From assembly GCA_017417215.1 (NCBI GenBank), contig JAFPZP010000083.1:906-64905 (forward strand): DNA of 64,000 nucleotides, in the 5' to 3' direction. A model generated the notes under the pieces. The model saw nothing but the letters and a program-made list of their open reading frames with translations, was not told the DNA's origin and searched no databases. Shown here one piece after another: positions 54,482 through 63,505 of the stretch. Numbering within the stretch: the stretch's first letter is position 1; each line of letters opens with the position of its first letter. Origin of the DNA: Candidatus Rifleibacteriota bacterium. GTDB taxonomy: Bacteria; Muiribacteriota; Ozemobacteria; Ozemobacterales; Ozemobacteraceae. Both the position numbers and the translations under genes were made by a program.

Positions 54482-56329
54482 TTAAAGCTTATCATGCTTT
54501 GCTTTGATTTCTGCCTGTTCAGGATATAAGAACAATGACATATCAAGAAACTGCTTGGCTCTTTCTTTTTCGCCTAATTCAATATAATATTCTCCGTAAG
54601 CATTCAAAACATCTTTATTATTTGAATCCTTCATATATGCGTTATCAAGTTCCTGCTTGTAAGACTCTTTATTGCCTTGTTCCTTGAAGATATAACACAA
54701 TAGACAATGTAAATTGGAAGTATCATTGCCATTAGCTATTAATTCTTGAATTTTAGTTTTTGCTTCATCAAGCTTATCGAAAGCCTTGCAAGCTTCTATA
54801 TAATACTTTCCGTATCTTATATCATCACAATTATCAACAAAGAGGTCTGTTATTTCTTTGTAAACCTTAGAGACTTCTTCAAGAGCTTTGGCATGATTAG
54901 CCTGTTCTTTCTTGTTTTTACTGTTAGCTATTTTTGAAAGATTATGAACTTTTTCTTTGAAACTTTCTATAGTAGCTTTCAGCTTTGCCTGACCTTCTGA
55001 ATCTATTTTTTTAAGTTTTACGGAAAGATTTAATTCTCCGCCAGCAGTGCCCTGACAAAGTTTATTTTCATCTTCGTAGCCATCATATTTGAACCAGATT
55101 AAATATTGCATTGGGGCGAGACTGATGTCTACCGGCGAAGTTCCAACCATTTCCTTGTTAATATAAACATTTGCGCCAGAAGGAGATGTTTCAAGCTTTA
55201 AGTGAACATTAGTCATTTTCCCATAAAGATAGAAAACACCTAGGAAAAATAATGAAGCTACAACAATAATCAACAGAGTTCGAACGAAACTGACTAATGC
55301 AACTGGTGGCTTAGCAACAAGTTTACGAGTAGTCATACCCGTATAATTTGTTGTTTCATCATACTCGTCACGACTGAAAGCCTCATCACCTGCTTCGGCA
55401 TGAAGCTGACTCAAATCGAGAGAAGTTGTTCTTACACCAGTTTTGCTACTGTTGGATTCTTCTGGAACATCGTCAGCATTAGGATCTAATAGCTTATCCA
55501 ATTCAGCCTTCATTTCGTTGCATGATTGGAAACGATGTTCACGTTCCTTTTCCATTGCTTTAAGAATAATATTATTCAAGCGTCTAGGAACTTCAGGATT
55601 CAGGTCTATTGGTGGAACAGGCTTTTCTTGAATATGTTTGAGAGCAACAGCATTTGCACTGTCAGCTATGAAGGGCAATCTATCGCAAACAAGCTGATAA
55701 AGAGTGACACCTAGAGAATAAATATCTGAACGATAGTCCAAGTCTCTTTTACCTAATGCCTGTTCGGGAGACATGTAGTCTGTAGAGCCAAGAGTTAGCC
55801 CTTCACCTGTTTTACTTGTGTTTTCAGCAGCTTTAGCAATACCAAAGTCAGTAAGTTTTACATTTCCATCAGCATCCATCATGAAGTTGCTAGGCTTAAT
55901 ATCACGATGAACAACGCCATGATCATGACAGAACTGTAAAGCGGATAGCGCACTATCCATTATTTTGACTATTTCTTCAAGGCTGAAACCATCAGTGGAT
56001 TTCATCAGGTCTTCCAAAGACTTCCCTTCCAGATATTCCATGATGAAATATGGAGGTAAGCCTTCTTCCTGACATTTTTCCTTGGTAGCAATATCGATAA
56101 TCTTAACGATATTAGGATGCTCACTGACGCTTTCCATGGTTCGAGCTTCGTCAAAGAATCTGGTAACTACATCTTGTTCTTCAACCCATTCACCAAGCAA
56201 CAGCTTCACAGCAGCTTTTTTTTCTAATACTGTGTGCTGTGCCAGATAGACAGTTGCAAAACCACCGTCACCAAGCTTTCGAACAAGGGTATAATTCCCT
56301 GCTCGTTTCATAGAAAAGTCATCAGACAC
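54482..56329 (-). CDS. Hanks-type Ser/Thr protein kinase with TM, PEGA-like and TPR-like extracytoplasmic region
   Basis: It has LGDGGFATVY, AVKLL, HRDIKPSN, DFGIA and SPEQ. The TM is LLIIVVASLFFLGVFYLYG. It then has ETSPSGANVYINKEMVGTSPVDISL and helical repeats. Confidence 0.92.
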   Translation of the reverse strand: MSDDFSMKRAGNYTLVRKLGDGGFATVYLAQHTVLEKKAAVKLLLGEWVEEQDVVTRFFDEARTMESVSEHPNIVKIIDIATKEKCQEEGLPPYFIMEYLEGKSLEDLMKSTDGFSLEEIVKIMDSALSALQFCHDHGVVHRDIKPSNFMMDADGNVKLTDFGIAKAAENTSKTGEGLTLGSTDYMSPEQALGKRDLDYRSDIYSLGVTLYQLVCDRLPFIADSANAVALKHIQEKPVPPIDLNPEVPRRLNNIILKAMEKEREHRFQSCNEMKAELDKLLDPNADDVPEESNSSKTGVRTTSLDLSQLHAEAGDEAFSRDEYDETTNYTGMTTRKLVAKPPVALVSFVRTLLIIVVASLFFLGVFYLYGKMTNVHLKLETSPSGANVYINKEMVGTSPVDISLAPMQYLIWFKYDGYEDENKLCQGTAGGELNLSVKLKKIDSEGQAKLKATIESFKEKVHNLSKIANSKNKKEQANHAKALEEVSKVYKEITDLFVDNCDDIRYGKYYIEACKAFDKLDEAKTKIQELIANGNDTSNLHCLLCYIFKEQGNKESYKQELDNAYMKDSNNKDVLNAYGEYYIELGEKERAKQFLDMSLFLYPEQAEIKAKHDKL

Positions 56330-56344
56330 CTTAAGGTACCTCTA

Positions 56345-57532
56345 TTACATTCCAAGAAGTGATTTTAATTTAGCAAAAATACCGCCGTCTTCTTGAACAA
56401 CTACTTCTTCGCCAATCATAGTTCTTGCAAGATTTGCAATACCAACGGTTAAAGGAGAAGAACCCTTTTCAGCCATAAGCATTTCGCCACCATTTGATGT
56501 TAAAATTGCATCATCTGGAGCGTATGGCAATGTGACTATTTCTTTTTTCAAGAAGGCTTTAATTTCTTCTGCAGCAATAGAACCAGTTCTTCCAACTTTA
56601 TTCATAATGAGTTTGAATTTTGAATCGGGGTATTTGAACTGATTCATAATTTCTATAACACGTCTTGCAGCAATCAGATGACCAATTTCTGGCTGACCTA
56701 CAAGATAAATCATATTAGAAAGTTCCCAAGTATTGATGGTTATATCATCAATAACAGCCTGAAGGTCAACAAGAACAAAGTCATAATTAGCTTCCAAGCT
56801 CCAAAGAATGCTCTTAATATGGTTTGGATTAATTAATTCAGCCAATTCAGTTTTCTTAGGAGCAGCGAGATAATCAAAGTCGCCACCCTTATGAATGAAC
56901 TTCTGAATATTTTCAGGAGTGATATCAGATTCGCCAATAGCTTCAATGATAGTCTGACCGCTTTTCCCCTTAAGGAATGTAAGAACATCACCGAATCTAA
57001 GGTCTAAGTCTACAACAACGACTTTTTTATCTGCTTTAGTTGCTAGATAATGAGCAAGATTGACTATAATTGTTGTAATACCAGTTCCGCCCTTGGGGCT
57101 GTAGAAAGAAACTATCTGAGATCCTTCTCTAGAGAGAGGTTTCAAAGTCTGCCATATATCACCAACAGCAGTATCTATGAAAATAAACTCATAAGTATCG
57201 AACTTGATTACATCTTTATGAGAAAGCAAATATGGTTCATTTGGAGGAAGTCTTTCACCATTGGCAAAAGTACCATTGGAACTTTCAGTATCGGTAAGAA
57301 TACATCTGCCATCTTGAAGTTCTACTTTAGCATGACTACGAGAAACCATGCTGCTTGGCAACTGCAAGGACTTACCTTCTTCACGACCTATGGTAAAAGC
57401 TGCACCGGGTGTTAATTCAAATGTTTTTCCAAGAAATGGTGGTGTATTACCAACCAAGAATTTCTTTTTTGCTTCTTCGGGTATGACTACTCGTCTGTAA
57501 ACGGTTTTGGCGCTATTATTTTCTTCGGTCAT
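56345..57532 (-). CDS. FHA domain fused to a CpaE/TadZ-type ATPase with a degenerate Walker A
   Basis: The FHA domain reads FTIGREEGKSLQLPSSMVSRSHAKVE...TDTESSNGTFANGERL. The ATPase has VSFYSPKGGTGITTIIVNLA (KGGTGIT, with no Lys before the T) and DFVLVDL. Confidence 0.85.
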   Translation of the reverse strand: MTEENNSAKTVYRRVVIPEEAKKKFLVGNTPPFLGKTFELTPGAAFTIGREEGKSLQLPSSMVSRSHAKVELQDGRCILTDTESSNGTFANGERLPPNEPYLLSHKDVIKFDTYEFIFIDTAVGDIWQTLKPLSREGSQIVSFYSPKGGTGITTIIVNLAHYLATKADKKVVVVDLDLRFGDVLTFLKGKSGQTIIEAIGESDITPENIQKFIHKGGDFDYLAAPKKTELAELINPNHIKSILWSLEANYDFVLVDLQAVIDDITINTWELSNMIYLVGQPEIGHLIAARRVIEIMNQFKYPDSKFKLIMNKVGRTGSIAAEEIKAFLKKEIVTLPYAPDDAILTSNGGEMLMAEKGSSPLTVGIANLARTMIGEEVVVQEDGGIFAKLKSLLGM

Positions 57533-57695
57533 TATATATCTCCAAGTTAAACTTCAAGTAACAGCATTATATACAGAGTTAAATCATAGTGCAAGAATTA
57601 TTTGTATAACAAAAAAAAAGCATAAAAAATTGTTAAGAAACAACAAGTTTCCGCCGATAGAGGGTATGGGATTTTCCCATCATAGGAGAGGTAAA

Positions 57696-57857
57696 ATGCT
57701 AAAAGAACTGTCTGTAGCCGTTGTTTTGACACTAATATTTTCTATAGGTGTAGGAGTATTATTCGTTAGAACTATTATTGAAATGGTAGAATTACTATTT
57801 AACGGTGATTTAGAAGTAAAAGAAGCAAATAAAAAAGAAGAAGGTCTTAGAGCCTAA
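57696..57857 (+). CDS. small single-TM protein (53 aa)
   Basis: A GGAGAGG RBS lies 6 nt before the ATG at 57696. The N-terminus is MLKELSVAVVLTLIFSIGVGVLFV. The longer ORF starting at 57507 has no RBS and overlaps the divergent gene. Confidence 0.4.
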   Translation: MLKELSVAVVLTLIFSIGVGVLFVRTIIEMVELLFNGDLEVKEANKKEEGLRA

Positions 57858-57860
57858 ATT

Positions 57861-58493
57861 TTAGTTCTTCAATACGCCATGTATTGAACAATTAAACAAA
57901 CGGCGACCGTTTTTATAGATAATAGAGTATTCCCCACCCCTTGGGCAAACAGGAATACTATCTAAGGCACCTATTTCAATTAGTTTTTCGCTATCAAACT
58001 TAGTTACTCTTTTTCCTAATTTTTTATCAGCATATAAAACAGCTAATATAAGTTTTCTCATTCTACCGAAGCATTTTATCTTAAAATCTTTTTCATGCTC
58101 TTCAACTTTCTTTAAAACCTTAGAATAGTTGTTTTGAGCTTTTCGATAGGTTTCATACAAAAGTGCATCTCTTTTTATATCTATTCTTATTGCGCCATCA
58201 GGAGACTTTTTATCTACTTCTTTATTATCTATTCTATCTATCAATTCAAGATATGACTGCTGGAAAGCCATGTGAACCCCTTGAAAATCTAAGGCTTCAA
58301 AGATATCCTCTTCATCTCCCACGTCTTCTATCTCATCAATTTCGTTAACAACCAAGGGCTTATAAGTTGTCATAGTTGTCCTGGTCTTTCTGTTTGACAT
58401 AAACATAAAGACAATAGACAAAAAGGCTAGAAATACAAGAAAGAATCCTAGCCATAGCACATTCTGCTTAGAAAAAAGAGTTTGTTGTTTCAT
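57861..58493 (-). CDS. membrane-anchored protein with a C-terminal Cys-bracketed pilin-globular-like module
   Basis: It has an N-terminal TM. The C-terminus KCFGRMRKLILAVLYADKKLG...IPVCPRGGEYSIIY...CSIHG is paralogous in pattern to ORF 62435..63187. Confidence 0.5.
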   Translation of the reverse strand: MKQQTLFSKQNVLWLGFFLVFLAFLSIVFMFMSNRKTRTTMTTYKPLVVNEIDEIEDVGDEEDIFEALDFQGVHMAFQQSYLELIDRIDNKEVDKKSPDGAIRIDIKRDALLYETYRKAQNNYSKVLKKVEEHEKDFKIKCFGRMRKLILAVLYADKKLGKRVTKFDSEKLIEIGALDSIPVCPRGGEYSIIYKNGRRLFNCSIHGVLKN

Positions 58494-58619
58494 TTTACCG
58501 TTCTATCATCATAAACTGTTTACAATCTACTGTCAAACATTTGAGAGGATTAAGTAAAAACTTTATAAAAGAAATTTATAAAAATCTCTTTTAAACAAAC
58601 TTTGACAGATTTTGACAAC

Positions 58620-58668
58620 AAAAAAAACAGGTTTTCAAGAAAAATTATCTTAAAAACCTGTTTTTTTA
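58620..58668 (-). terminator. Rho-independent terminator of htrA (symmetrical, A-run/T-run on both sides)
   Basis: The sequence is acaggttttcaaga-aaaatta-tcttaaaaacctgt, flanked by A8 and T7, 14 nt past the htrA stop. Confidence 0.75.
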
Positions 58669-58674
58669 TTTTAG

Positions 58675-60135
58675 TTACTTATGTGAAACAACAAGGAACA
58701 TTGGAACAGTAGCACGTTCAATCAGGAATACAGAGCTTTGTTTCTTTTCTCCATCCTTTAAGGCTTTTTCCAAATCAGCTTCATTATTAATATCACTGCC
58801 ATTAACCTGAGTAATGATGTCGCCCTTGGTTAAACCTGCCTTGTCAGCAGAAGAATCTTCCTTAACTCCTGTAATAACCAGACCTACAGTGGTCTTTAAT
58901 CCCATAGATTTGGCTAGTTCATCAGTAAGCTTTTGAACCTTGAGTCCCATTTTATCAGTCATGGCCAAAGATTTAGTTCTAGCTGGACTTGATTTAATTT
59001 CTGAAGAAGCAAGACCAAAAGTTGAAGGCATTTGTTCAAGTTTTATCTTTAATTCAACAGGTTTACCGTTTCTTAAAACCTGAGCTTTTATTTCTTCACC
59101 AACATTTTTAGAAAAAATAAACTTCTGAACATCTTCTGTTGTTTTCATTTCTTTGCCGTTAAAACTTCTAATGATATCCATTTTTCTGAAGCCAGCCTTA
59201 GAAGCAGGAGATTTTTCGGTAATATCCATAACAACAGCGCCATTCTTGTCTTTTAAACCATAATGTCCGCTAAGTTCATCAGTTACGCCAACCATAGAAA
59301 TACCCAAATAAGGTCTGGAAACACTACCACCATCAGCAATCTGATTAGCAACCTTTACAGCTAAGTTTGAAGGAATAGCAAAACTAATGCCTGAACCAGG
59401 AGCAGTAAAAATAAGTGTGTTAATACCTATTACTCTACCCATTATATCTACAAGAGGACCACCAGAGTTACCAGGGTTGATGCTTGCATCAGTCTGAATA
59501 AAATCTTCTATTGCGGCTGCACCAAGTCCAGAACGTCCAACAGCACTAACTACCCCAACAGTAACGGTTTGTTCTAAACCTAAGGGACTACCGACTGCTA
59601 TACACCACTGACCAGATTCAACTTCATCAGAGTTAGCAAAATTAGCAGCAGTTAATTTTTCATCTGGTTTAATTTTAATGACTGCGACATCTGTCTGTGG
59701 GTCCTGGCCGAGAACTTCAGCAGGATATTCCTTACCATTAAACAATTTAACAGTAATTTTAGATGCTTCTTTTACAACATGGTTATTTGTCAGAATTGTT
59801 CCATCTTCCTTAAAGATGATACCAGAGCCGCCACCAAGAACTTTTTGTTCTTTCTTTTCACCTCTTGGCATTCTGAAAAATTTTCTTAACAATTCTTCTG
59901 CTTCATCAGAATCATCATTCAAATCAAATCCAAAAGAATTTGCCTGAGTTGTTTTTTCAATTCTAATGTTTACAACACTCTGTTTCAACTGCTTTGCAAC
60001 ATTCACAAAAGCTTTCTGCATAGACATTGCAGCAGCCAACCCCTGCTGGTCATCTAAGGCATGAACTGGTGAAACAAATGAAAACAGCGACAAAGCTGTT
60101 ACAAAGATTCCGATAGCTAATTTCCTCATAAACAA
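58675..60135 (-). CDS. htrA: periplasmic serine protease HtrA/DegP (trypsin-like domain + 2 PDZ)
   Basis: It has a signal peptide. The catalytic motifs are TNNHVV, DVAVIKI and GNSGGPLV. Two PDZ-like segments are present (GVTDELSGHYGL..., GLVITGVKEDSSADKAGLTKGDII). Confidence 0.93.
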   Translation of the reverse strand: MFMRKLAIGIFVTALSLFSFVSPVHALDDQQGLAAAMSMQKAFVNVAKQLKQSVVNIRIEKTTQANSFGFDLNDDSDEAEELLRKFFRMPRGEKKEQKVLGGGSGIIFKEDGTILTNNHVVKEASKITVKLFNGKEYPAEVLGQDPQTDVAVIKIKPDEKLTAANFANSDEVESGQWCIAVGSPLGLEQTVTVGVVSAVGRSGLGAAAIEDFIQTDASINPGNSGGPLVDIMGRVIGINTLIFTAPGSGISFAIPSNLAVKVANQIADGGSVSRPYLGISMVGVTDELSGHYGLKDKNGAVVMDITEKSPASKAGFRKMDIIRSFNGKEMKTTEDVQKFIFSKNVGEEIKAQVLRNGKPVELKIKLEQMPSTFGLASSEIKSSPARTKSLAMTDKMGLKVQKLTDELAKSMGLKTTVGLVITGVKEDSSADKAGLTKGDIITQVNGSDINNEADLEKALKDGEKKQSSVFLIERATVPMFLVVSHK

Positions 60136-60237
60136 TAAACCTCCTTTTGGTTTTTGTTGTTCTTTTTAAATTATTAGACAAACAAAAAATCAAAAGGTTC
60201 CAAGTTTTTTGTTTTAAATCAGAATTAGTTTTTTATT

Positions 60238-61074
60238 TTAACGGGGTTTTCTAATCTCAAATAATCTAACTATTTTAAGTAATCTGTGTAACTGGGAATC
60301 ACAGAAACTAAAAGCTAACTTTGTGCCTGATTGAAAATCAACAGAAGTAACACCTTTATAAAAGCTTATATCTATTTTTTTCTCTTTAGTATTTGTTCTT
60401 TCTAGTATTTTTGCAATAACTTCGTCTGTAAAAACATTAAGTATTTTTTCTGGGTCTTCATCGGATAAAATCACATATTTTTCTTTAAACTCTTTGTTTT
60501 GAATAGCATATTTATCCTGATTCTTTACCTGTTTTATAGTTTTTATGTCTGAATATATCATTACAATAGATAAAATAAAAACAATTATTAATATAAACGC
60601 AAAGACAATAGTGATAACAGACTCAAAAGTAGACGTTACTCTCGTTAAATAACAGTATATCAAACCCCAAATTGAGGATATAATCAAAGATAAGGCACCT
60701 AAAATTCCAAATATTGAAGAACGTAAAGCAGATTTTCCCGTAGTTAAGTGAAAATCAGGGAAATCATCATTCTTTACTTTAAGATAGAGTTCTGACTTCC
60801 ATTCAGCTTTTCTTCTTACACCTCCACGTCTATACTCTTCTGGACGATAATATTCTATAAAACAATAATCATATCCTTCTATGTTTCCAACAATAACGTT
60901 ACAATTATCATAATCAGATTCATCATCAAGATTAAAGCGTTCTTTTACAGAGTCAATACCAACATAGTATTCAGCATTCATTCTTGCAGATATTACTTTC
61001 ATTTCAGAAGTTCTATCTTTCATCATTTCAATGCGGCTAGGTCCAAATAATCCCATTGTAGTCTCCTTCACCAA
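60238..61074 (-). CDS. hypothetical 2-TM membrane protein (278 aa)
   Basis: The central hydrophobic pair is IFGILGALSLIISSIWGLIYCYL and VITIVFAFILIIVFILSIVMIY. I recognise no domain. Confidence 0.5.
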   Translation of the reverse strand: MVKETTMGLFGPSRIEMMKDRTSEMKVISARMNAEYYVGIDSVKERFNLDDESDYDNCNVIVGNIEGYDYCFIEYYRPEEYRRGGVRRKAEWKSELYLKVKNDDFPDFHLTTGKSALRSSIFGILGALSLIISSIWGLIYCYLTRVTSTFESVITIVFAFILIIVFILSIVMIYSDIKTIKQVKNQDKYAIQNKEFKEKYVILSDEDPEKILNVFTDEVIAKILERTNTKEKKIDISFYKGVTSVDFQSGTKLAFSFCDSQLHRLLKIVRLFEIRKPR

Positions 61075-61089
61075 GTAATAAAAAGAGCA

Positions 61090-62424
61090 TTATTTTGCTG
61101 AAAATTTAAAGGATATGTCATTATTATCGTAGCCATTCTTTTCGTCTTTTTTGTTGTCAGACCCATAATTGTATAAAACATAACCATTTTCGGTGTTAAA
61201 AGAATAAGGCTTCCCAGTAAAGCGATTTAAAGGTAATTTTTCTCCAAACCATTTTTCTAATTCTTCAACACTAGAGGGCTCTTTTTGGTTTTCACAATAA
61301 AAAGCATTATAAGCTAATGAGATGGCTACCATCTCCATTTTAGCCAGTTTTTCCTCATATTTGCCTTTTATATGTGCAAAATTAGGAGCAGCCATAGACA
61401 AAATTTGATTAATAGTTATTCTTTTAATTGCTTCTATATCAATTTTTGTTCTGTCTATATCACCATTAACATTGTTCTGAAAATCCTCCATTTCCTTCAT
61501 AATTTTTTCGTTTGCATCTTCAACTTTTTTTGAATATTTATCTAGCTCAGCTTTACACATATAGAAAGGCTTATCTATGAAAGTCTTAGGTTCGACATAA
61601 AACAAAGTTATCATTTCTTTCAGATAATCACTTTCAAGCATTATATCTACAAAAGCCTTTGTTTTTTCATCTTTTTTTCCAGATTCATATAAAGTAGAAT
61701 AAACAGCTGCTTTTTCGAAATCCATGCAACTTGAGAAAGGATAATCTTTTTTAACTAATTCTAATAAATCCTTAGCTAAATATTTAGCTATTTTTGCAGA
61801 TTTAACTCTAGGTTTTTCAACCCAGCGCAAAAGTTCATTTGAAGATATTCCAGACAGTGCAATAGCAATGCTTTTACAAATCATATTTCTACTTCCAGAA
61901 TATGATTCTTCTAAATCTCTAGCAACATAATAACCTGCATAAGTAACGACTAAAGCAGCATTATCATTTTTATCTTCTTCCAATAACAATCTTACATATT
62001 GTGACCACCAGAAAACAGTGCTTCTCAATGTTTTAAAATTAGGAATAGGAGGTTTCTTAGCTAATTCCTCAAAGCTTGAAATGGTTACATTCTTTGGCTT
62101 TTTTGTTTCTTTCATGATTTGAGGACAAAAAACCTTAGCATAATCAATATAATTTTGAGGTTTATTATTTTTCGCGACTTCTAACAATTTCTCATCAGTA
62201 TCATTTTCACTTCTGCCTATTTTAACTTTTCGAGAAATATATTCAGCAGTAAAACCCTTCATAAAAGAGGGTATACTATTATCATCTCTAGAAACATCTG
62301 TTATCTTTTTTACCAAATCAGCCTCTTCTTTAGTGACAAAGACTTCATTATCTGCAAAAAGAACAGTTCCGGTAAACATCAAGCCAAATAAAACAATTAC
62401 TTTAAACAGGTTTATATTTTTCAT
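61090..62424 (-). CDS. hypothetical secreted protein (444 aa)
   Basis: It has the signal peptide MKNINLFKVIVLFGLMFTGTVLFA. I recognise no domain. Confidence 0.5.
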   Translation of the reverse strand: MKNINLFKVIVLFGLMFTGTVLFADNEVFVTKEEADLVKKITDVSRDDNSIPSFMKGFTAEYISRKVKIGRSENDTDEKLLEVAKNNKPQNYIDYAKVFCPQIMKETKKPKNVTISSFEELAKKPPIPNFKTLRSTVFWWSQYVRLLLEEDKNDNAALVVTYAGYYVARDLEESYSGSRNMICKSIAIALSGISSNELLRWVEKPRVKSAKIAKYLAKDLLELVKKDYPFSSCMDFEKAAVYSTLYESGKKDEKTKAFVDIMLESDYLKEMITLFYVEPKTFIDKPFYMCKAELDKYSKKVEDANEKIMKEMEDFQNNVNGDIDRTKIDIEAIKRITINQILSMAAPNFAHIKGKYEEKLAKMEMVAISLAYNAFYCENQKEPSSVEELEKWFGEKLPLNRFTGKPYSFNTENGYVLYNYGSDNKKDEKNGYDNNDISFKFSAK

Positions 62425-62434
62425 TTGGATTCCT

Positions 62435-63187
62435 TTATCTCTTTACCTTACCAGGGAATTTCTTTTGGTTTTTAATTATTTCAAATTTAATTTTCACAAA
62501 CATATATGCAACAAAAAACAAAGAAAGAACACTAGCTATCAAATATAAGGGGGTAATAGCCTGTATAGTAAAACCAAGTACAACCATAAAGAAATATATC
62601 GTGATTACAGCAATAGGTCTACCAAATAATGGGACTTTATCAATTATGTCCAGTATTCCCAAAATACTATTTTCCGCTTTAGCTAATGGGTCATCAAAAG
62701 AGGAGAAAAATTTTTCTATCTTGTACCATAATGTTTTTTCTAATTCTTCTCGTTCCTTAGAAGCTTTTAAATCTAACAAATATAAAGAACCGTGATTCCT
62801 ACAACAAATATAACCATCTATAACTAAATTTCCTTCAGAAAAGTATTCACATTGTGGAGTAGGTTTTTTAGGCTCTTCTTTTAAATAACCTTCTTTCAAT
62901 AACAAAGGCATGTCTAAAGAAGTCATCATAGGTTCATGATCCATAGAATACAATTCTACAGCCCCAAGAATTAGCCTTTGATTTGTGAAACACTGTCTTT
63001 CCAAAGGTCTATCATGAGGTTTTGGGGGACGTATAGCCAATGTAATAAAATTCAAAACACACAAACAAATCGCCAAACCAACAACATATACACGATAATA
63101 AACGTTTCCCAATTTAAATAATATTATCAACAAGACTATAATTGGTATTCTTACAAAAATAATATTTAAAAGGGCTAATAAATGCAT
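62435..63187 (-). CDS. 4-TM membrane protein with a central Cys-bracketed pilin-globular-like module
   Basis: The central module is QCFTNQRLILGAVELYSMDHEPMMTSLDMPLLLKEGYLKEEPKKPTPQCEYFSEGNLVIDGYICCRNHG, flanked by hydrophobic segments on both sides. Confidence 0.5.
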   Translation of the reverse strand: MHLLALLNIIFVRIPIIVLLIILFKLGNVYYRVYVVGLAICLCVLNFITLAIRPPKPHDRPLERQCFTNQRLILGAVELYSMDHEPMMTSLDMPLLLKEGYLKEEPKKPTPQCEYFSEGNLVIDGYICCRNHGSLYLLDLKASKEREELEKTLWYKIEKFFSSFDDPLAKAENSILGILDIIDKVPLFGRPIAVITIYFFMVVLGFTIQAITPLYLIASVLSLFFVAYMFVKIKFEIIKNQKKFPGKVKR

Positions 63188-63250
63188 GATATCATTCCTG
63201 CAGGTTATGTTATTAGTTTAACAAGAACTAGACTGCTACGCTCTGAACCG

Positions 63251-63330
63251 CATCAAATTTCAGTTTTCTTCAGTCGGCTTTCACAAGAAGCTCCCCTATA
63301 AGAGGTTGTCTGAAAACTAGAAATTTGATG
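63251..63330. repeat. 80-nt hairpin element abutting family A copy 8
   Basis: catcaaatttcagttttc (63251-63268) pairs with gaaaactagaaatttgatg (63312-63330). The right arm is also present at 25618-25636. Confidence 0.65.
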
Positions 63331-63357
63331 AATAATCAGTATTTATTTGTTTGTAGC

Positions 63358-63430
63358 CTACCCATTGTCAAAAACGTATAGTTTTCAGGGCTAAAGCCCA
63401 TACGCTATACTTTTTATGACAAATGTGTAG
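63358..63430. repeat. family A 73-nt palindromic element, copy 8
   Basis: The sequence is ctacccattgtcaaaaacgtatagttttcagggctaaagcccatacgctatactttttatgacaaatgtgtag, with the same flanks as copy 4. Confidence 0.9.
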
Positions 63431-63505
63431 GCAATTAGCAATTTTAATTTGGACTTAAAAATTAGTTTTCGAACAACCTCTATATGAGAAGCTTCTTTAA
63501 AAAGT

